Shown one piece after another: positions 34,496 to 47,002 of a stretch of 64,000 bases of DNA. Within the stretch, counting starts at the first letter, position 1, and each line of letters begins with the position of its first letter. The notes beneath the pieces are model-generated. The model worked only from the letters and a program-made list of their open reading frames with translations, searched no databases and was not told the DNA's origin. Source of the stretch: Salisapilia sapeloensis CBS 127946 (lineage: Eukaryota > Protista > Oomycota); assembly GCA_023334545.1 (NCBI GenBank), contig JAADVB010000061.1, forward strand, positions 1 to 64,000, written 5' to 3'. Position numbers and translations under genes: made by a program.

Positions 34496-34537
34496 GGTTG
34501 AGAATTGAAGTTTTCCGGTAGTCTTGGGATGCGCGGA

Positions 34538-34555
34538 GAAAATCTAAAAGTGAGC
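34538..34555 (-). promoter_or_regulatory. Oomycete INR+FPR-like core promoter of ISCU
   Basis: GCTCACTTTTAGATTTTC on the minus strand, ~45-60 nt upstream of the ATG. Confidence 0.6.
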
Positions 34556-36048
34556 AAAAAGCAACGGAGCAAATAGCTCCAGGTCGGACAGCTACAGTTT
34601 ACTACTAAACCTTTTAATAAGATAATTTTGTGACTGCGTTTACTGATATTGAGAAAGTAATATAGAAAAATGTAGTTGGTAGCTTCTTCTAAAGAGGTTA
34701 TAAGGTGATAGAGTTGGGAGAAGACGCGTGTGCCCAGCCAATCAAATGCTTGTTAAACAACATTTTTTTCTCGTTTTCTTTCCGTTCCCCTTGGAATTTG
34801 CGCAATGAAGTGGCTAGTAGATGGCTTTTTATTGGAAAATGAGCAGGATGATTGCGCCAAATGACTAGTTTAATGGCATAAGAGGAGGATGCGTCGGAGA
34901 CGTCGGACACGTGCCGGCGATCTGCACTTGACCAATCCCGTCATGTCAGCTGACTAAATTCCGGCGGTCCATGCAAATGTTTGGACGTAACGATGTTTTT
35001 ACGTAGACAAGTACCAGAGTATACCTCTGCCTAGTTATATGTAGGAGTGGAATATATGGAATTGGGAAGAAATGCATTGCTTAACACGCGCCTCGTGCGT
35101 TTACCGTACTGCGTGACGTCCAGTGAGATAAACATATTGAAGTAGCCATAAAGCATTTCATTCGAAACTGTCAAGAAAAAGTCGAATGTGTCATGTCTGA
35201 ATGGAAAGGTTGTACTGTGCCTAGCATCTTGTGGATGATAGGTATGGTGGTAGGCTAACATGGTCCTTGCATTGCCTTTGCTATTGCTTATGTTAAACAT
35301 GCTTTGCTACAAATTTGAAATCGTACTGTGTATTCCTTCAAGACGACTTTGGATGAACACAACTGCATCAGGATCAAATCGCACATTTCAATACTGCAGT
35401 CTCAGAGTCAGTCACTAGGACGACTTAGATCATATCTAATTCTCTTACCACTTCAGCACAGGACGGCATAACGGGACTACTTTCCAATCTTTCGTGTGGA
35501 GATGTATCTCAATTACATAATGGAGATGCTTTAAATGAGGTAGGATATGAATACTGGAAGCTTGATCTGCTATCTCTGAATCTACATCTACAAAGGAAGC
35601 AATGCTCTACGATCAACTTGCATATCATCTACACCGAAAGCGACAGCAAATACATGTTACCAGACATCTCATTCTTGACTCTTGTCTTCCTAGCATACAA
35701 ATCATTCACTGCTCCAACAAAACACTACATGCACACTCGATCCATTGCTTTTATATCCAAACTCCATTTCGTTCCTGTCTAGCGTGAACAACGCAGCATA
35801 CCGCTGGTACGCTGTACACGCCACCAAAGCACTGCAGTAGATGAATATAGCACTACCGACACAAAAGCTAGACAATATTCTCGAGGGAACACAAGACGAA
35901 TATTAATACTCCAGTCCTCAAACTTATCGTCTAGCATCAAGTGCGACGTATTCATGTCATTTCGCTGTTCGAATACAACGGCGCCATCTTCGTATCTGCG
36001 ACTCACATACAAATTCCAAGTCAAACTCGACTCGGACACTTCACGAAA

Positions 36049-36807
36049 ATGGACATTTCACGGAGTATGAGCTCGCCGATGGCCTCCTTGCACTCGCTAG
36101 ACCGACCTCTACGTCGAGAGAGAGACCCGGTATCCTCTTCCCAGCCATTTTACCCACCCATCAGTAATAACCGCATCCAACACTGCAGGTGAGCCTCAGT
36201 GCTTTCTCCTTCCTCTTCTCCGAAATGGTCCAATACATCCAAGGTCGCGTCCAGAACATCTCCGATCTAGAAACTCGGTACGCCTCATACTCGGACGTCT
36301 ACTAGAGTATATGCCAATGTAGTGTAGACTCGACGAAACAGGCTTTGACGTCGGCGTTCGTGTCATTGAGCTGCTCAATTATCGTGAAAAGTCTAATCGA
36401 GACACTCGTCTCTTGGGCATGCTACAAGTACATTTCATCCGTCTCTCTCATCTCTACCTTTTCTTATCAAACCTACATAGTTCATCACGTCCACAGTCTG
36501 GAAAAACCTGTTTGGCAAAGTCGCTGATTCCCTCGAACGCAGTACCGAGAACGAAGACGAGTACATGATCCACGAGTCCGAGCCGATCACGAATACCTTT
36601 GTCTCAGTCCCGACAGACCTCGGGGAACTCGATTGTGCAGCGTACATCGCCGGTATCCTCCGAGGCATCCTCTCTAGCAGTGGCTTCTCAGCCCACGTCA
36701 CGGCACATGCCGTCGACAGTGCACAGCCAGGAGGCTTACGAGAGAAGACGGTGTTCCTCATCAAGTTTAGTGACGATGTCTTGCGTCGAGAGAAAGTGTT
36801 AACCTAG
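36049..36807 (+). CDS. TRAPPC5: TRAPP complex subunit 5 (Trs31)
   Basis: Exons 36049-36129, 36189-36277, 36328-36427, 36481-36807; LDRPL, VSLSAFSFLFSEMVQY, VWKNLFGKVADSLE, LDCAAYIAGI. Start could be a slightly downstream ATG. Confidence 0.93.
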
Positions 36808-36861
36808 CAACTTGGTCTAAAAGACTCGAAAGCAACGTTTGTTCGTGTTTAAATATCGAGT

Positions 36862-38292
36862 CTACTCCATGATCGTGTCTTGCGTTGATGGTGTCTGCCA
36901 CGTCCCATAGTCCGGACGTTCGGCGGCGGCATATTCATCTCGAATACTCTCGACAACTTCTCTCGAATCATCAAATTCATCTAAACTATTCGCAAACATC
37001 GGCATCTTGCGATAATTATCAATGAACGCATTATTCTTTTTCAACCGATCGTACTGTAATAACGATTTCTTAAACAGCTACAAGTAGATGAGTACTTTTG
37101 CGTTCGACATAGGATAATATGAAAGAAGAGGACGTACTTGAGCGATACTCGTGTGATTCGCGAGCATTAAGCCACTGACTTTATGTGCCGATTCGACGTA
37201 CGGAGACTTTTTACTCAACGCGACTTGGATGGATGCTGGTCCCCACGGAATGAAAGTCGCGAGCTTACGCTCACGAATGCGCTGGAGAGACTTGTGGACT
37301 TGCGTCGGATCCACGTCGCCCTGGATGACGTTTAGAATCGACATGTAACACCCGGTCTTGGTGCTCGCGGACACCATAATGTTCTTTGGCTGTAGTAAGC
37401 GACGCATTACATCTAAGACAGACGTCTTGCGGACGACTTGAGACGTCTGAGTCTCGACTGTCAATGGCGTGTATCCTGTCATGAGGAAATGGGCGCGTGG
37501 CGTCGGAATAAGCGATGCCACTAGACCCACGAGATCGTTATTCATGTATCCTGGATATCTCAAAGTCGTTGTGGATGCTGCCATGACAGTAGAGACGAGA
37601 GAATTAAGCTGCGAGACGGTTGGGTTGGATAGACGCAGTCGATCGACTGCGATGCGGTTCAGAGCAGTGTTATCTAGGACGACGACGCAGTCTGTGTTTT
37701 GAACTAAACGCTTTAACGTCAAGACAGAGTTGTATGGCTGGACGACCACGTCGCTCTGCATACTGCCTTGATTCGGAAAGACAGAGTATGTTTGTATAAG
37801 CTTTTTCGGAAAATGATCGTTTAACTGTTCTAAGAGATATGAGCCCATGCCGGAGCCTGTGCCTCCAGCGATGGAATGGCAGAGGACGAAGCCTTCGAGA
37901 CTGTCGGATCCATCAGCCTCTCGATCGATCATGTCCATTAACGTATCATGCTGCCTCTCGGCCTGGTCATACCCGGATGCCCAGTTATTTCCAGCTCCAC
38001 CACCTTCTTGAGAGACGAAGAAGTTTTCTGGATTGTACAGATTCTTATATCCAGATGACTGGATCGAATTGATGACACGAGGCTCGAGGTCCATGAGCAA
38101 TGCTCTTGGAATATAATGCTCATCATCTGCTTGGTAGAAAAACACATCCTTTCGGTCCTGTCCTGGGACCGCATGCTCTTCCAACTTACCTTCTGGTGAG
38201 ATGCCATGCTCCGTACATAGCTGCTTCCAAAACTCCATGCCTACTTGGTTGCCACATTGGCCAGCTTGCAGCGTAATAATCTCTCGAGGCAT
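36862..38292 (-). CDS. TUBG1: Gamma-tubulin
   Basis: [43 protein letters not shown]; exons 38292-37138 and 37077-36862. Confidence 0.98.
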
Positions 38293-38527
38293 CCTACCGT
38301 CTATCAATCGACTTTTCATGCATTTTGGTCGTTCATTCCTTCTTTTCATTGGTTTAAACTAGTTCTCTTAAGCGTAGTTAACTGGTAGAAATAAGTATGT
38401 CTGGAACTGATGTTGATTGGATAAAATGAACACCTCCAATATCTGATATCGAATAGGATGCGTCGGAGATCGTCGGAAAATTCGAAGATCGAGCAATCGG
38501 CACAGCAGAAAGCATCCAGTAGTCAGC

Positions 38528-39913
38528 ATGAGCTCCTTAAAGAAGAGTGGACCGACGGCCATTGCCATGATGAACATGGGTGGGCCGTCGACGTTGCCAG
38601 AAGTCCAGCAGTTCCTTACGAACTTGTTCCAGGACCCTGAGATCATTCCCATGGGCAAATTCCAAGAACCATTGGGTGCGTATGTGGCCAAGCGTCGATC
38701 ACCGAAAGTGGCCGACCAATATGCTCAAATTGGTGGCGGATCACCGATTCTAAAGTGGACGAATATCCAGGGTGAAGAAATGTGCAAACGCTTGGATAAA
38801 CTCCGTCCAGAGGTATGTCGAGATTGCATCCGTGTGATGATGTAAACTCATACAAAATGATAAATTATTAGAGTGCACCGCATAAACACTATGTCTTCTT
38901 CCGCTACGCCAACCCATTGACAGAAGTCTCTCTTCAGAAGATGAAGGAAGATGGTGTCCAACGTGCCGTCGCGTTCTCCCAAGTACACTTCATCCATCTG
39001 ACATACATTCATGATTTAACGACCATCACTCCTAGTATCCGCAATGGTCCTGCACGACAACCGGATCGAGTATGAACCAGCTATGGCGTGAATTGGATAG
39101 ACTCGACATGACGGACAACTTCAAGTGGTCACTCATCGACCGATGGAACACCCACCCTGGCTACGTCTCGGCCGTGGCAAATCGTGTTAAAATGGGACTA
39201 GAGCAGTTTGCGCCGGAAGATCGGGATAAAGTTGTCATCATGTTCTCCGCCCACTCTGTCCCGATGAAAGTCGTGAACAAAGGAGATCCGTACACCAAGG
39301 AAATCGCCTCGACCGTCGAGCGTGTCATGGAGCAACTTTCAGGCAACAATGCCCACATCCTGTCGTGGCAGTCCAAGGGTATGTCCTCTGCAATTAGATT
39401 TCGTACGAGATAGATATTCATACTCTCTTCTAGTTGGCTTCTTGCCATGGATGGGACCTAGCACGAGTGACACGATCAAGGGACTTGCTGAACGCGGTCA
39501 CAAGTACTTGTTTCCTGTATTCAACAACCTTCCTATAAGCTTCTAACGCACTCGTAGACACGTCATGGCTGTCCCCATCGCCTTTACTTCGGACCACATT
39601 GAAACACTGTTTGAAATCGACATCGAATACGCGGAAGAAGCCCAGGAAGCCGGCATCACGGTAACTCTCTTCCATCATATACTCCAGGAACCTCCTCCTA
39701 ATATGTTACCATATACAGCACTTTAAGCGTAGTCCGTCGTTAAATGACGAGCCACTACTCTTTGATGCGATGGCAGACGTCGTGAAAGACCATTTGGACA
39801 ATGACCGGCTGCACTCGCCGCAGTACCCTCTCAAGTGTCCTCACTGCACGAACCCCATGTGCCGTAGCATCAAGAACCCCATCAAGCCATACAAGTCTCC
39901 TTTCCAGTCCTAA
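38528..39913 (+). CDS. FECH: Ferrochelatase, [2Fe-2S]-type, 368 aa, six exons
   Basis: Exons 38528-38812, 38872-38982, 39036-39378, 39434-39503, 39558-39660, 39719-39913; [46 protein letters not shown]. Confidence 0.95.
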
Positions 39914-40048
39914 GCTCGTCCTGTCTTGACGTGAGAATACACGATCTTGTGTCTCGAATCTTCTTTTGTTTTCTTTCGTACTCTTCATTTCCTTCCCTTT
40001 GATGCTAATTATAGCCTTCCTCTACTTGTATTGCTGCGTTCTATCGAT

Positions 40049-42372
40049 ATGACAGACACATCGGATGTCATGGCACCACAGACGTACTCTATAGACGATA
40101 GGTACGTACGTATAATAGGTTGGAGGCTGTCTAGACGATTGACATGATTGTACCATGATAGGAATGAGCATGATCAGTCTACTAGCTCGAAGGAGGTAGT
40201 ACATCCACCTATCAATACAGATATGAATCCTTACTTATGCTGGTGTCGTAGGATATGGATGTGAATCAAGTGCGATGGATGGAAGAGCAGCGTGCAGCGA
40301 TTGTGCAGGACGTGATTCAGACGTTAAAGTCTTCTGGGATGCTGAGTCCGACGAAAAAATCTCCTATACGAAGACGTCCGCATGAGTTTGATACGATGCA
40401 ACTGGAGAAGAATATAAAGAACCTCGCGATGCATTCATTACATGACGCAGGACTTGAGTTTCCACATGTTGCTCGACCTTCATCATCCATGGCACTCACT
40501 CTGTCGAAAGCTCAATCCTGTGATCTACCTCGATCGAAAGAGATTGTGGTACCTCAGAAGGAGTGGAGTGTCGGGTATGCTAGACCAATCTCCGAGTCGT
40601 GGTCTAGTGAACGTAAACCACGTTTGAGGCAGGCGAAAGCGAATCAAATGAATGCAGATACCTATCAAATGAAGAAGAAACTTGAGAAGGAGTCGAGGAA
40701 GGCTTCCTCCAGTAAGCTGCGACTTGGCATTGAGACAGAGAGAGCGACAGGTTTGGTAACGAGACGGATGAGTGAGAAGACACGAGCAGTGTTATTGAAG
40801 AGTCAGCAGTTTCTTGATCAGACTAAAGACTACCGGAATGGAACCCCATCTTTGAATGCTAGTAAACATGATGGAGTAGAAGACGATGGTCAAACCCGTA
40901 GCACCAGCAGTGCCCAGCAAAGCCCTGTACGAACGAAAGCACGGACTCCAATGCGTAAAAAGTCTTATACACGATCTCAGTCGGAACTTGAGCCTATCAA
41001 GTCGTCACGAGATGAAATACAAATTCAGGAAAGCGTTCCTCAGCAAGAAACAGACACCTTGAGATCGCAATCTGCTCAATTTGATTCAGAGATGCTCATT
41101 CCTCCTTCATCTGCTCCGACGAATGAAACTGAGTGGGAGAACGAACTAGCTCGACAAATCCTTACTATTTACGCTACCTCTGTAAAAGCAAAGGAGAACG
41201 CGTCGAACCTTTCGAGGGAAGGAGCTCGGATTACTCCAATGTCAAATAATTCTTCATCACCTGAGCGTTTAAAGAATAAAAAGTTACAGGTCTCCTGTTC
41301 ACTTCCGGTGCTCATGCCCTCGCGTCGTACAAAGCCTTCTACACCATCTGTCCGATATTCTTGGGCACCTTCCCATCGAACGCAAGATGGAAGTGTGCTG
41401 GTAACTGTGCCCAAGATTCCACGACCTGTATGGCTTGTTGGAAGTGGAGCCGTCTTATCTGTGTGGTGTGCTATCGCGGACGGATTTTCAGACTTGCAAC
41501 AAGATTCAAAGAGTCCGAAACGAAGTTCCAAGCACTCTACAAAGCCACCAACTATCTGCAATCACGAATTCTGTGAGCGCATGCGAGGGCTCGAAGCTGC
41601 TCAACGCTTTGCTCAGTACGTAACTGAAGTAGAAGCGCTATTGATTTCACTCGTCCGAGCTCAAGGTGCTGATGACTTTAGTGCTAAACTCTGGAGACAA
41701 TTGATAGTGACTTGCAATGCTTTTGCTAGTCGATGCATCAGCTATAAACGTTTCACAGACGCGTTGACGCTTGTTCGACATGCCGAAAAGCTCATTGACA
41801 GCACTGTATTAGTGGACAAGAAGACAAGGCGAGAGCTGCGTGCATTTCTCTTCGACACATATGCATTTTACTACTTTAGTAGAAGAAAGGCCCAAGCAGG
41901 ACTAGAGTACATTATGAAAGCACAAGGACTTCACGCGCAAGACTCGCAGTGGCAACACGTTGCCAAGTGCCATCTGCATGCATCGACGCTTTTGTCCGTA
42001 TTAGGTCGTCATAAAGAAGCCATGTATTCCTTGATGCAGGTGTTGGAGATGGTAGAAGATAGCACATTGGACGCCGACACACGCATTAAGTCTGAGGTTG
42101 CCGACGAGAGTCTTCATATCGGTGCAACCGGAGCTGACTCCGCACAAAAACTATGCCTCGTGGCGGTCACCTACAATAATTTAGCAGTAGAGCGACTACA
42201 CATGCGCGACTTTGAAGCTGCCCACGTTGCTTCTGACAATGCGAAGAAACTGGCCAAATTATGCCTAAGCTACAGTAATCGATGGTTAACGCAGTTCGAA
42301 GCAACGAGTAAATGTGTCGCGCTAGCGATTGCCACATTGATGGATGAAGTGAACAAAGTCACCAACGAGTAG
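40049..42372 (+). CDS. Hypothetical protein, disordered N-terminus and TPR-like C-terminus
   Basis: Small 5' exons 40049-40101 and 40162-40195 join the 705-aa ORF at 40252; helical repeats VAKCHLHASTLLSVLGRHKEA and VAVTYNNLAVERL. Confidence 0.7.
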
Positions 42373-42551
42373 TAAGCAAGTATATCATCCAACCATGTTT
42401 CCATGTAGGCGTATCAACAGCGTACAAATTAGAAAAGAATAAATTCATAAACTCCAAGAATATTAAAAAAGTACAAGCAGTAATCACAAAAGTCGCAGAA
42501 GTTTTCACATAACACGATATTGTGGACACGAATTACTTTGTCGCGTGGAGC

Positions 42552-43001
42552 ATGAAGAGCGACGGATTCAAGTCGCTTCGGTACTTTGTGAACCGATCAC
42601 AAGTACTGACGCAATATCGAAAATTCTTACGCACAACATCTCCACTATCTGGTGACGTAAAAGCCGATGTTCGACGTCAAATACGCTCCGGCTTTGACGC
42701 GTATCGAGACGTCGAGGACGAGACACTCGTTCGACAGCTTTTGCAGCAATCCAATGCCCAGCTCAAGCAAGTGAGTGAATTAGTCGACTCTGCAGTCGCA
42801 AGGCAGCAGCAAGAGTCAAATCTAAAGCACGGCAGTCTCTCTTGGACGGATCCGATGGCAAGTACCGAGCCGACGGAAGATGGCGAGCAGCCAGACGTCC
42901 GCGGTCGTCTAGGCGTCGGTTGGCCGTGGAAGAGTGGTCAGCCTCAGCGTCGACTAGAACTAGGTGGCATTAAACGTAGCACAAGAGATAAAGAAGAATA
43001 G
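42552..43001 (+). CDS. LYRM2: LYR-motif protein, LYRM2-like
   Basis: SLRYFVNRSQVLTQYRKFLR...VRRQIRSGFDAYRDVEDE. Confidence 0.75.
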   Translation: MKSDGFKSLRYFVNRSQVLTQYRKFLRTTSPLSGDVKADVRRQIRSGFDAYRDVEDETLVRQLLQQSNAQLKQVSELVDSAVARQQQESNLKHGSLSWTDPMASTEPTEDGEQPDVRGRLGVGWPWKSGQPQRRLELGGIKRSTRDKEE

Positions 43002-43085
43002 ATGGAATGGAAAAGAAAAATGTATTTCAAAGTGGACTTCATACCACAATAAAAAGTAGTGGCAATCATAATCGAATAAAAAATC

Positions 43086-45206
43086 TTAATCCGTAATGAC
43101 ACGAACGCCCATGGAAGCGATTTCGTGCATTTTGTCCGTAGCTGGTTGTCGCATGAGCATCATATTGGTCGGAATGTCCATGTTGCGACTAATCCACTCG
43201 ACCATGGCAGTATCAAAGGAGCCATAGATCGAGACAAAGTCGATCTTGATCGTCGGGTAGATGTGATCGAAGAGACAGACAACATCTTGGAACTCTCGTG
43301 GGATCTCACCATCCTTCTCACACACATGCACGAGTCGGAGGCTGTAAGTCTGCTCATTCTTCATTACGTACGACACAGCTTCGTTGATCTTTGGTAAGTT
43401 TGGCGTCTTACAGAAGAAGATCAAAGGCGTGCGTTTGATCCGTTCGATCGTCTTGGCCACCGCGACATTACCGACAAAGTCTGTGCCAGGCATACTCGAT
43501 CGCTCTGGACGTTCGCGATGACGTCGGTCGTAATTGAACCAGAGGTACACTTGCTTGGATACATATAGCACTGCCGTGAGGATCGTCACACGTTCGAGCA
43601 TGACGTAGACGACGAGGAAGAAGATGGCAAAGTAGATGACAAAGAACTTGAGTGCCTCCAAGTCGTTCATGGCGTTGCAAACGAAGCCAAAGACGACCAT
43701 GATGAGACAGAAGAGGACGTTTGTCCATGATGTCTCAGTCGCACGTGGCAATTGGTCTCGATGGACCTTGAGGAGGACACATCCCACGGCAAAGGATGCC
43801 ATGACGCCTAAGAAGGCAAAGGCAAAGACACCTGCGAGGGCATCCACTTGTGCATCCAAAATAAATACGAGACTGGACGCGACGAGGAAGTAGCCGAAGA
43901 TGATGTAGTGCGCCGTGTTACGGCAATTGTTCTTCTTGAGCAAGAAGCTCGGCATGAGTCGATCGATCGCCAGACGCTGCGTGAGACCAGTGATACCGAC
44001 GTACGATGTGAGGACAGCACCGGAGAGGACGACAAACGCATCGATCGTGACGAGGATCTCGAGCCACTTGCCACTCGTGACGTTACCCATGTACGCCAAG
44101 AGCACTTCCTTGTTGCTCATGATCGTATCGACAGGCACGACTGCGAGTGCGAGGAAGGAGAAGGCGATGTTAAAGACGCTGGAGAAGGCCCACATGTTGC
44201 GTAGAGTCTTGGGAAAAACACCAGACGCTTGTTCCTCGACGAATTGAGCTGACGACTCGAAGCCAGTGACACTTAACAGTGCCTGGCCGTAGCCTAGTAA
44301 GAGTGCCGTGAGGACACTTCCATCCATGGCACTTCCGAACATGGTAATGTCTGGGAAAGGAGCATTCATGTTATCCATGAAGACACTTGGGTTTTGTACG
44401 GCGTAGATGATGCAAAAGACGATGAGAATCGTTAGCGTCAGTGCGTGGAAAGCAAAGAAGAGGAGTGCGACGATGGCACTTTCAGCGATACCGACTAAAC
44501 ACAGACACGCAAAGACAAAGAGCATGGCTACGGAACACAAGACGACAGGCAGTTCGACCAAGTAGTTCACATAGTTAAATGCCGAGACAGCACAGACAAC
44601 ACCCGTCGCGACGTACGACAGGACGGAGAAGACAGCGGCAAAGGATGCAGTGCGTTTAGATGCAGAGTTCATCAGGGCAGTGTATGATCCGCCGTTTAAC
44701 GGGACGGCCGACATGACTTCTTCCATGATGAATCGAAGGCAGTAGACCAGGACGGAGACAATGACTTGGGCAACAGGTGCGAGCTTTCCAGCAGTGGAAG
44801 TCGTTAGTCCCGCCGTGAAGAGGACACTGGATAAAATATCGTTGCCACTGATCGCTGTAGACATCCACTCGCCCAAATTTTCCTTGGACGCATGCATCTC
44901 GTCTCGAATCGTATCTCGTTCATCACTCGGACTGTTCACGTGCTTGGCTTCACCACCAACGTTCGGGTGCTGCCAATTTGGAACCTTAAACTTTTGATCG
45001 ACGACAAGAAGGGAGATGACTCGACTCCGCAATTGTGACGGTGTCTGATGAAAGTCTCCGTACTCGGGTTGGCACACAGTGCCATACTCGAGATCCTGGT
45101 TACTGAAGGATGGAGTGGCAGCTGGAGGTGTGAGTGGAGGTCGCGTGTAGACTGGCGACGGCTCTCCACTTTCTAGAAGGTCGAGTCGAAGGTCTTGAGG
45201 AGCCAT
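43086..45206 (-). CDS. APC-superfamily (amino acid/cation) permease with C-terminal soluble domain
   Basis: AISGNDILSS, PLNGGSYTALMN, LSVTGFESSAQFVEEQ, VLSGAVLTSYVG; about 12 TM; start MAPQDLRLDLL at 45206. Confidence 0.9.
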   Translation of the reverse strand: MAPQDLRLDLLESGEPSPVYTRPPLTPPAATPSFSNQDLEYGTVCQPEYGDFHQTPSQLRSRVISLLVVDQKFKVPNWQHPNVGGEAKHVNSPSDERDTIRDEMHASKENLGEWMSTAISGNDILSSVLFTAGLTTSTAGKLAPVAQVIVSVLVYCLRFIMEEVMSAVPLNGGSYTALMNSASKRTASFAAVFSVLSYVATGVVCAVSAFNYVNYLVELPVVLCSVAMLFVFACLCLVGIAESAIVALLFFAFHALTLTILIVFCIIYAVQNPSVFMDNMNAPFPDITMFGSAMDGSVLTALLLGYGQALLSVTGFESSAQFVEEQASGVFPKTLRNMWAFSSVFNIAFSFLALAVVPVDTIMSNKEVLLAYMGNVTSGKWLEILVTIDAFVVLSGAVLTSYVGITGLTQRLAIDRLMPSFLLKKNNCRNTAHYIIFGYFLVASSLVFILDAQVDALAGVFAFAFLGVMASFAVGCVLLKVHRDQLPRATETSWTNVLFCLIMVVFGFVCNAMNDLEALKFFVIYFAIFFLVVYVMLERVTILTAVLYVSKQVYLWFNYDRRHRERPERSSMPGTDFVGNVAVAKTIERIKRTPLIFFCKTPNLPKINEAVSYVMKNEQTYSLRLVHVCEKDGEIPREFQDVVCLFDHIYPTIKIDFVSIYGSFDTAMVEWISRNMDIPTNMMLMRQPATDKMHEIASMGVRVITD

Positions 45207-45243
45207 AGAAAGTGAGGATGCAAGAAGACTTGTGTAGTGGATG

Positions 45244-45261
45244 GCAAATTGCAAAGTGAGC
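45244..45261 (-). promoter_or_regulatory. Oomycete INR+FPR-like core promoter of the APC permease
   Basis: GCTCACTTTGCAATTTGC on the minus strand, ~40-55 nt upstream of ATG 45206; matches the established oomycete GCTCATTYBNNNWTTY consensus. Confidence 0.7.
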
Positions 45262-45397
45262 ATTCGAGAGGATGGAAGAGACACAAAAAAGAATGGCTTC
45301 ATGTATCGCATACTTTATTGCTAATAAACTTCCAGCTGCTTTGGGTTTGGCTTCATTTCGATGTAGCCACTTAGGCGCACCGAAACATATTTCGTGA

Positions 45398-46711
45398 TTA
45401 CGCTGCTAAGGGCGGCTCATCGTCTTCCTGCGGCTGCAAGTGCTTTGTCATGACCGGTTGGAGGTCTGTTGTAGTCTTAGGGGTGGTGCTATGAAGCTTT
45501 TGGCGACGGACACCTTGAGCGACCTGGTCGAGCAAAACAGGAGTTTAGACGCACGTAAGTACATAATACAAGCACGTGCGAGACGCATCTCCTGGATATG
45601 CAAGCTCACCTGTTCGACTTTTCCGTGGCTAGGAGCACGAGGATGTAGCTTTGGCAATGTTAGTTTTAAGGCTCCTGTCGTCTGCGAACGCTCGGCTTTA
45701 CCAAGGTCCGACAGGACTTCCGCTGGTAGACGTAGACGAAAGACTTTATTCTTTGCGACAATTGTTACATGCTCGGGATGGACATCGAGGTCCAGAAGAG
45801 AGGAGTCGAGAAATCTCGGCAATCCAACCTCAAGATACACGAACGCATCCTCCTCCCACAGTCGAAACGGCCACTTGCCTTGATTGCACTGACGCAAGTC
45901 ACTACCACTTTGAGCCTTGGCCATGGCCTCTTCATGTTCTTTATGCAAATCTCGCTCCGGTGGAGCATTCCCCTTTCGTCGTGCTTCCTGTTGTTCCTTT
46001 TGCTCCGCTAGTTCCATATACATTTCACGTCGAGACTCAGGCGTGTACGGTGCTTTGGCATCGGCATCAAACGCGCCGTTTCGCTCTACTAGTACCACCT
46101 GTTCTTCATGTATCTTCTTCCGAGCTTCGTCTCGCACGTGCTTCTGACGTGCGGAGAAGACTTGCATGGCTTTGATCCGATCCCCTCGCGTGATCTCTTT
46201 ACCGTCCAAGATGGATACGGAAGGGAGAGAGGCGATGACGTAGTCTCGGAACCCATCCTCCCACTTGGATTGCGCCGGGTTACCGAGTAGGTACAACTCT
46301 TGAAGATGGGGCAATCGCTTCAAGTGGTTCTGTTAGATGGAAACTTAGCGCACATGGTAACCTAGGTACATTCAGGACGCTTACAATGCTTTCTTCGAGC
46401 GTATCGAAATCAATGAAATTGACCGTGAGATCCAATTTCTCGAGAAATTCACAACTTTGCAATCCTTCAATCTTACGAATGTTATTCAATGCGAGATTCA
46501 AGTATCGAAGCTCCTTTAAATGTGTTAAATTCTCGATCTTCTCAATGATATTATTCTGAAGATACAGGATACGTAGTCGACGGCAGAGTGTGCCAATGAC
46601 TTCGATCTTCTCCAGTTCTTCCTGATGCAAAGACAGCTCTTCTAGCGTCGACACGATCCCTTCATTATGCTCCGCACGCTTCCGGAGGAGCTCGACCGTG
46701 ATACGAGGCAT
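45398..46711 (-). CDS. DNAAF11: Dynein axonemal assembly factor 11 (LRRC6/TilB)
   Basis: [50 protein letters not shown]; CS-like domain [22 protein letters not shown]; exons 46711-46385, 46329-45610, 45523-45398. Confidence 0.92.
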
Positions 46712-47002
46712 CGCGAATGTGACGCTTCACGATCAAATATCTTATATGCGACTATCCATGATCTAGATCCGATATGATCGAAGAATCTCGAAGCTAGACA
46801 CTCGTACTTGCATGCTTCTCAACACCGTACCCATGTCGCGTACATGTTTGCAGCTGCAGATCCGATTGACATGTGCGATACTCTTCTAAACTAATCTCCT
46901 CCTGATTCTCCACTTTCCGCCAATCAAAAACTACAAATTCTATTAACTACCAATCATGACGTGTACGAATGACAGGCTGATAAGACCGCGATTGGCACCG
47001 CG

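Noticed and set aside
38528-39913. Apparent frameshifts or fragmentation in FECH, IDI, TRAPPC5, RPN3 and GINS4
   Set aside because: All are resolved by canonical GT-AG introns with correct phase; these are not pseudogenes or programmed frameshifts.
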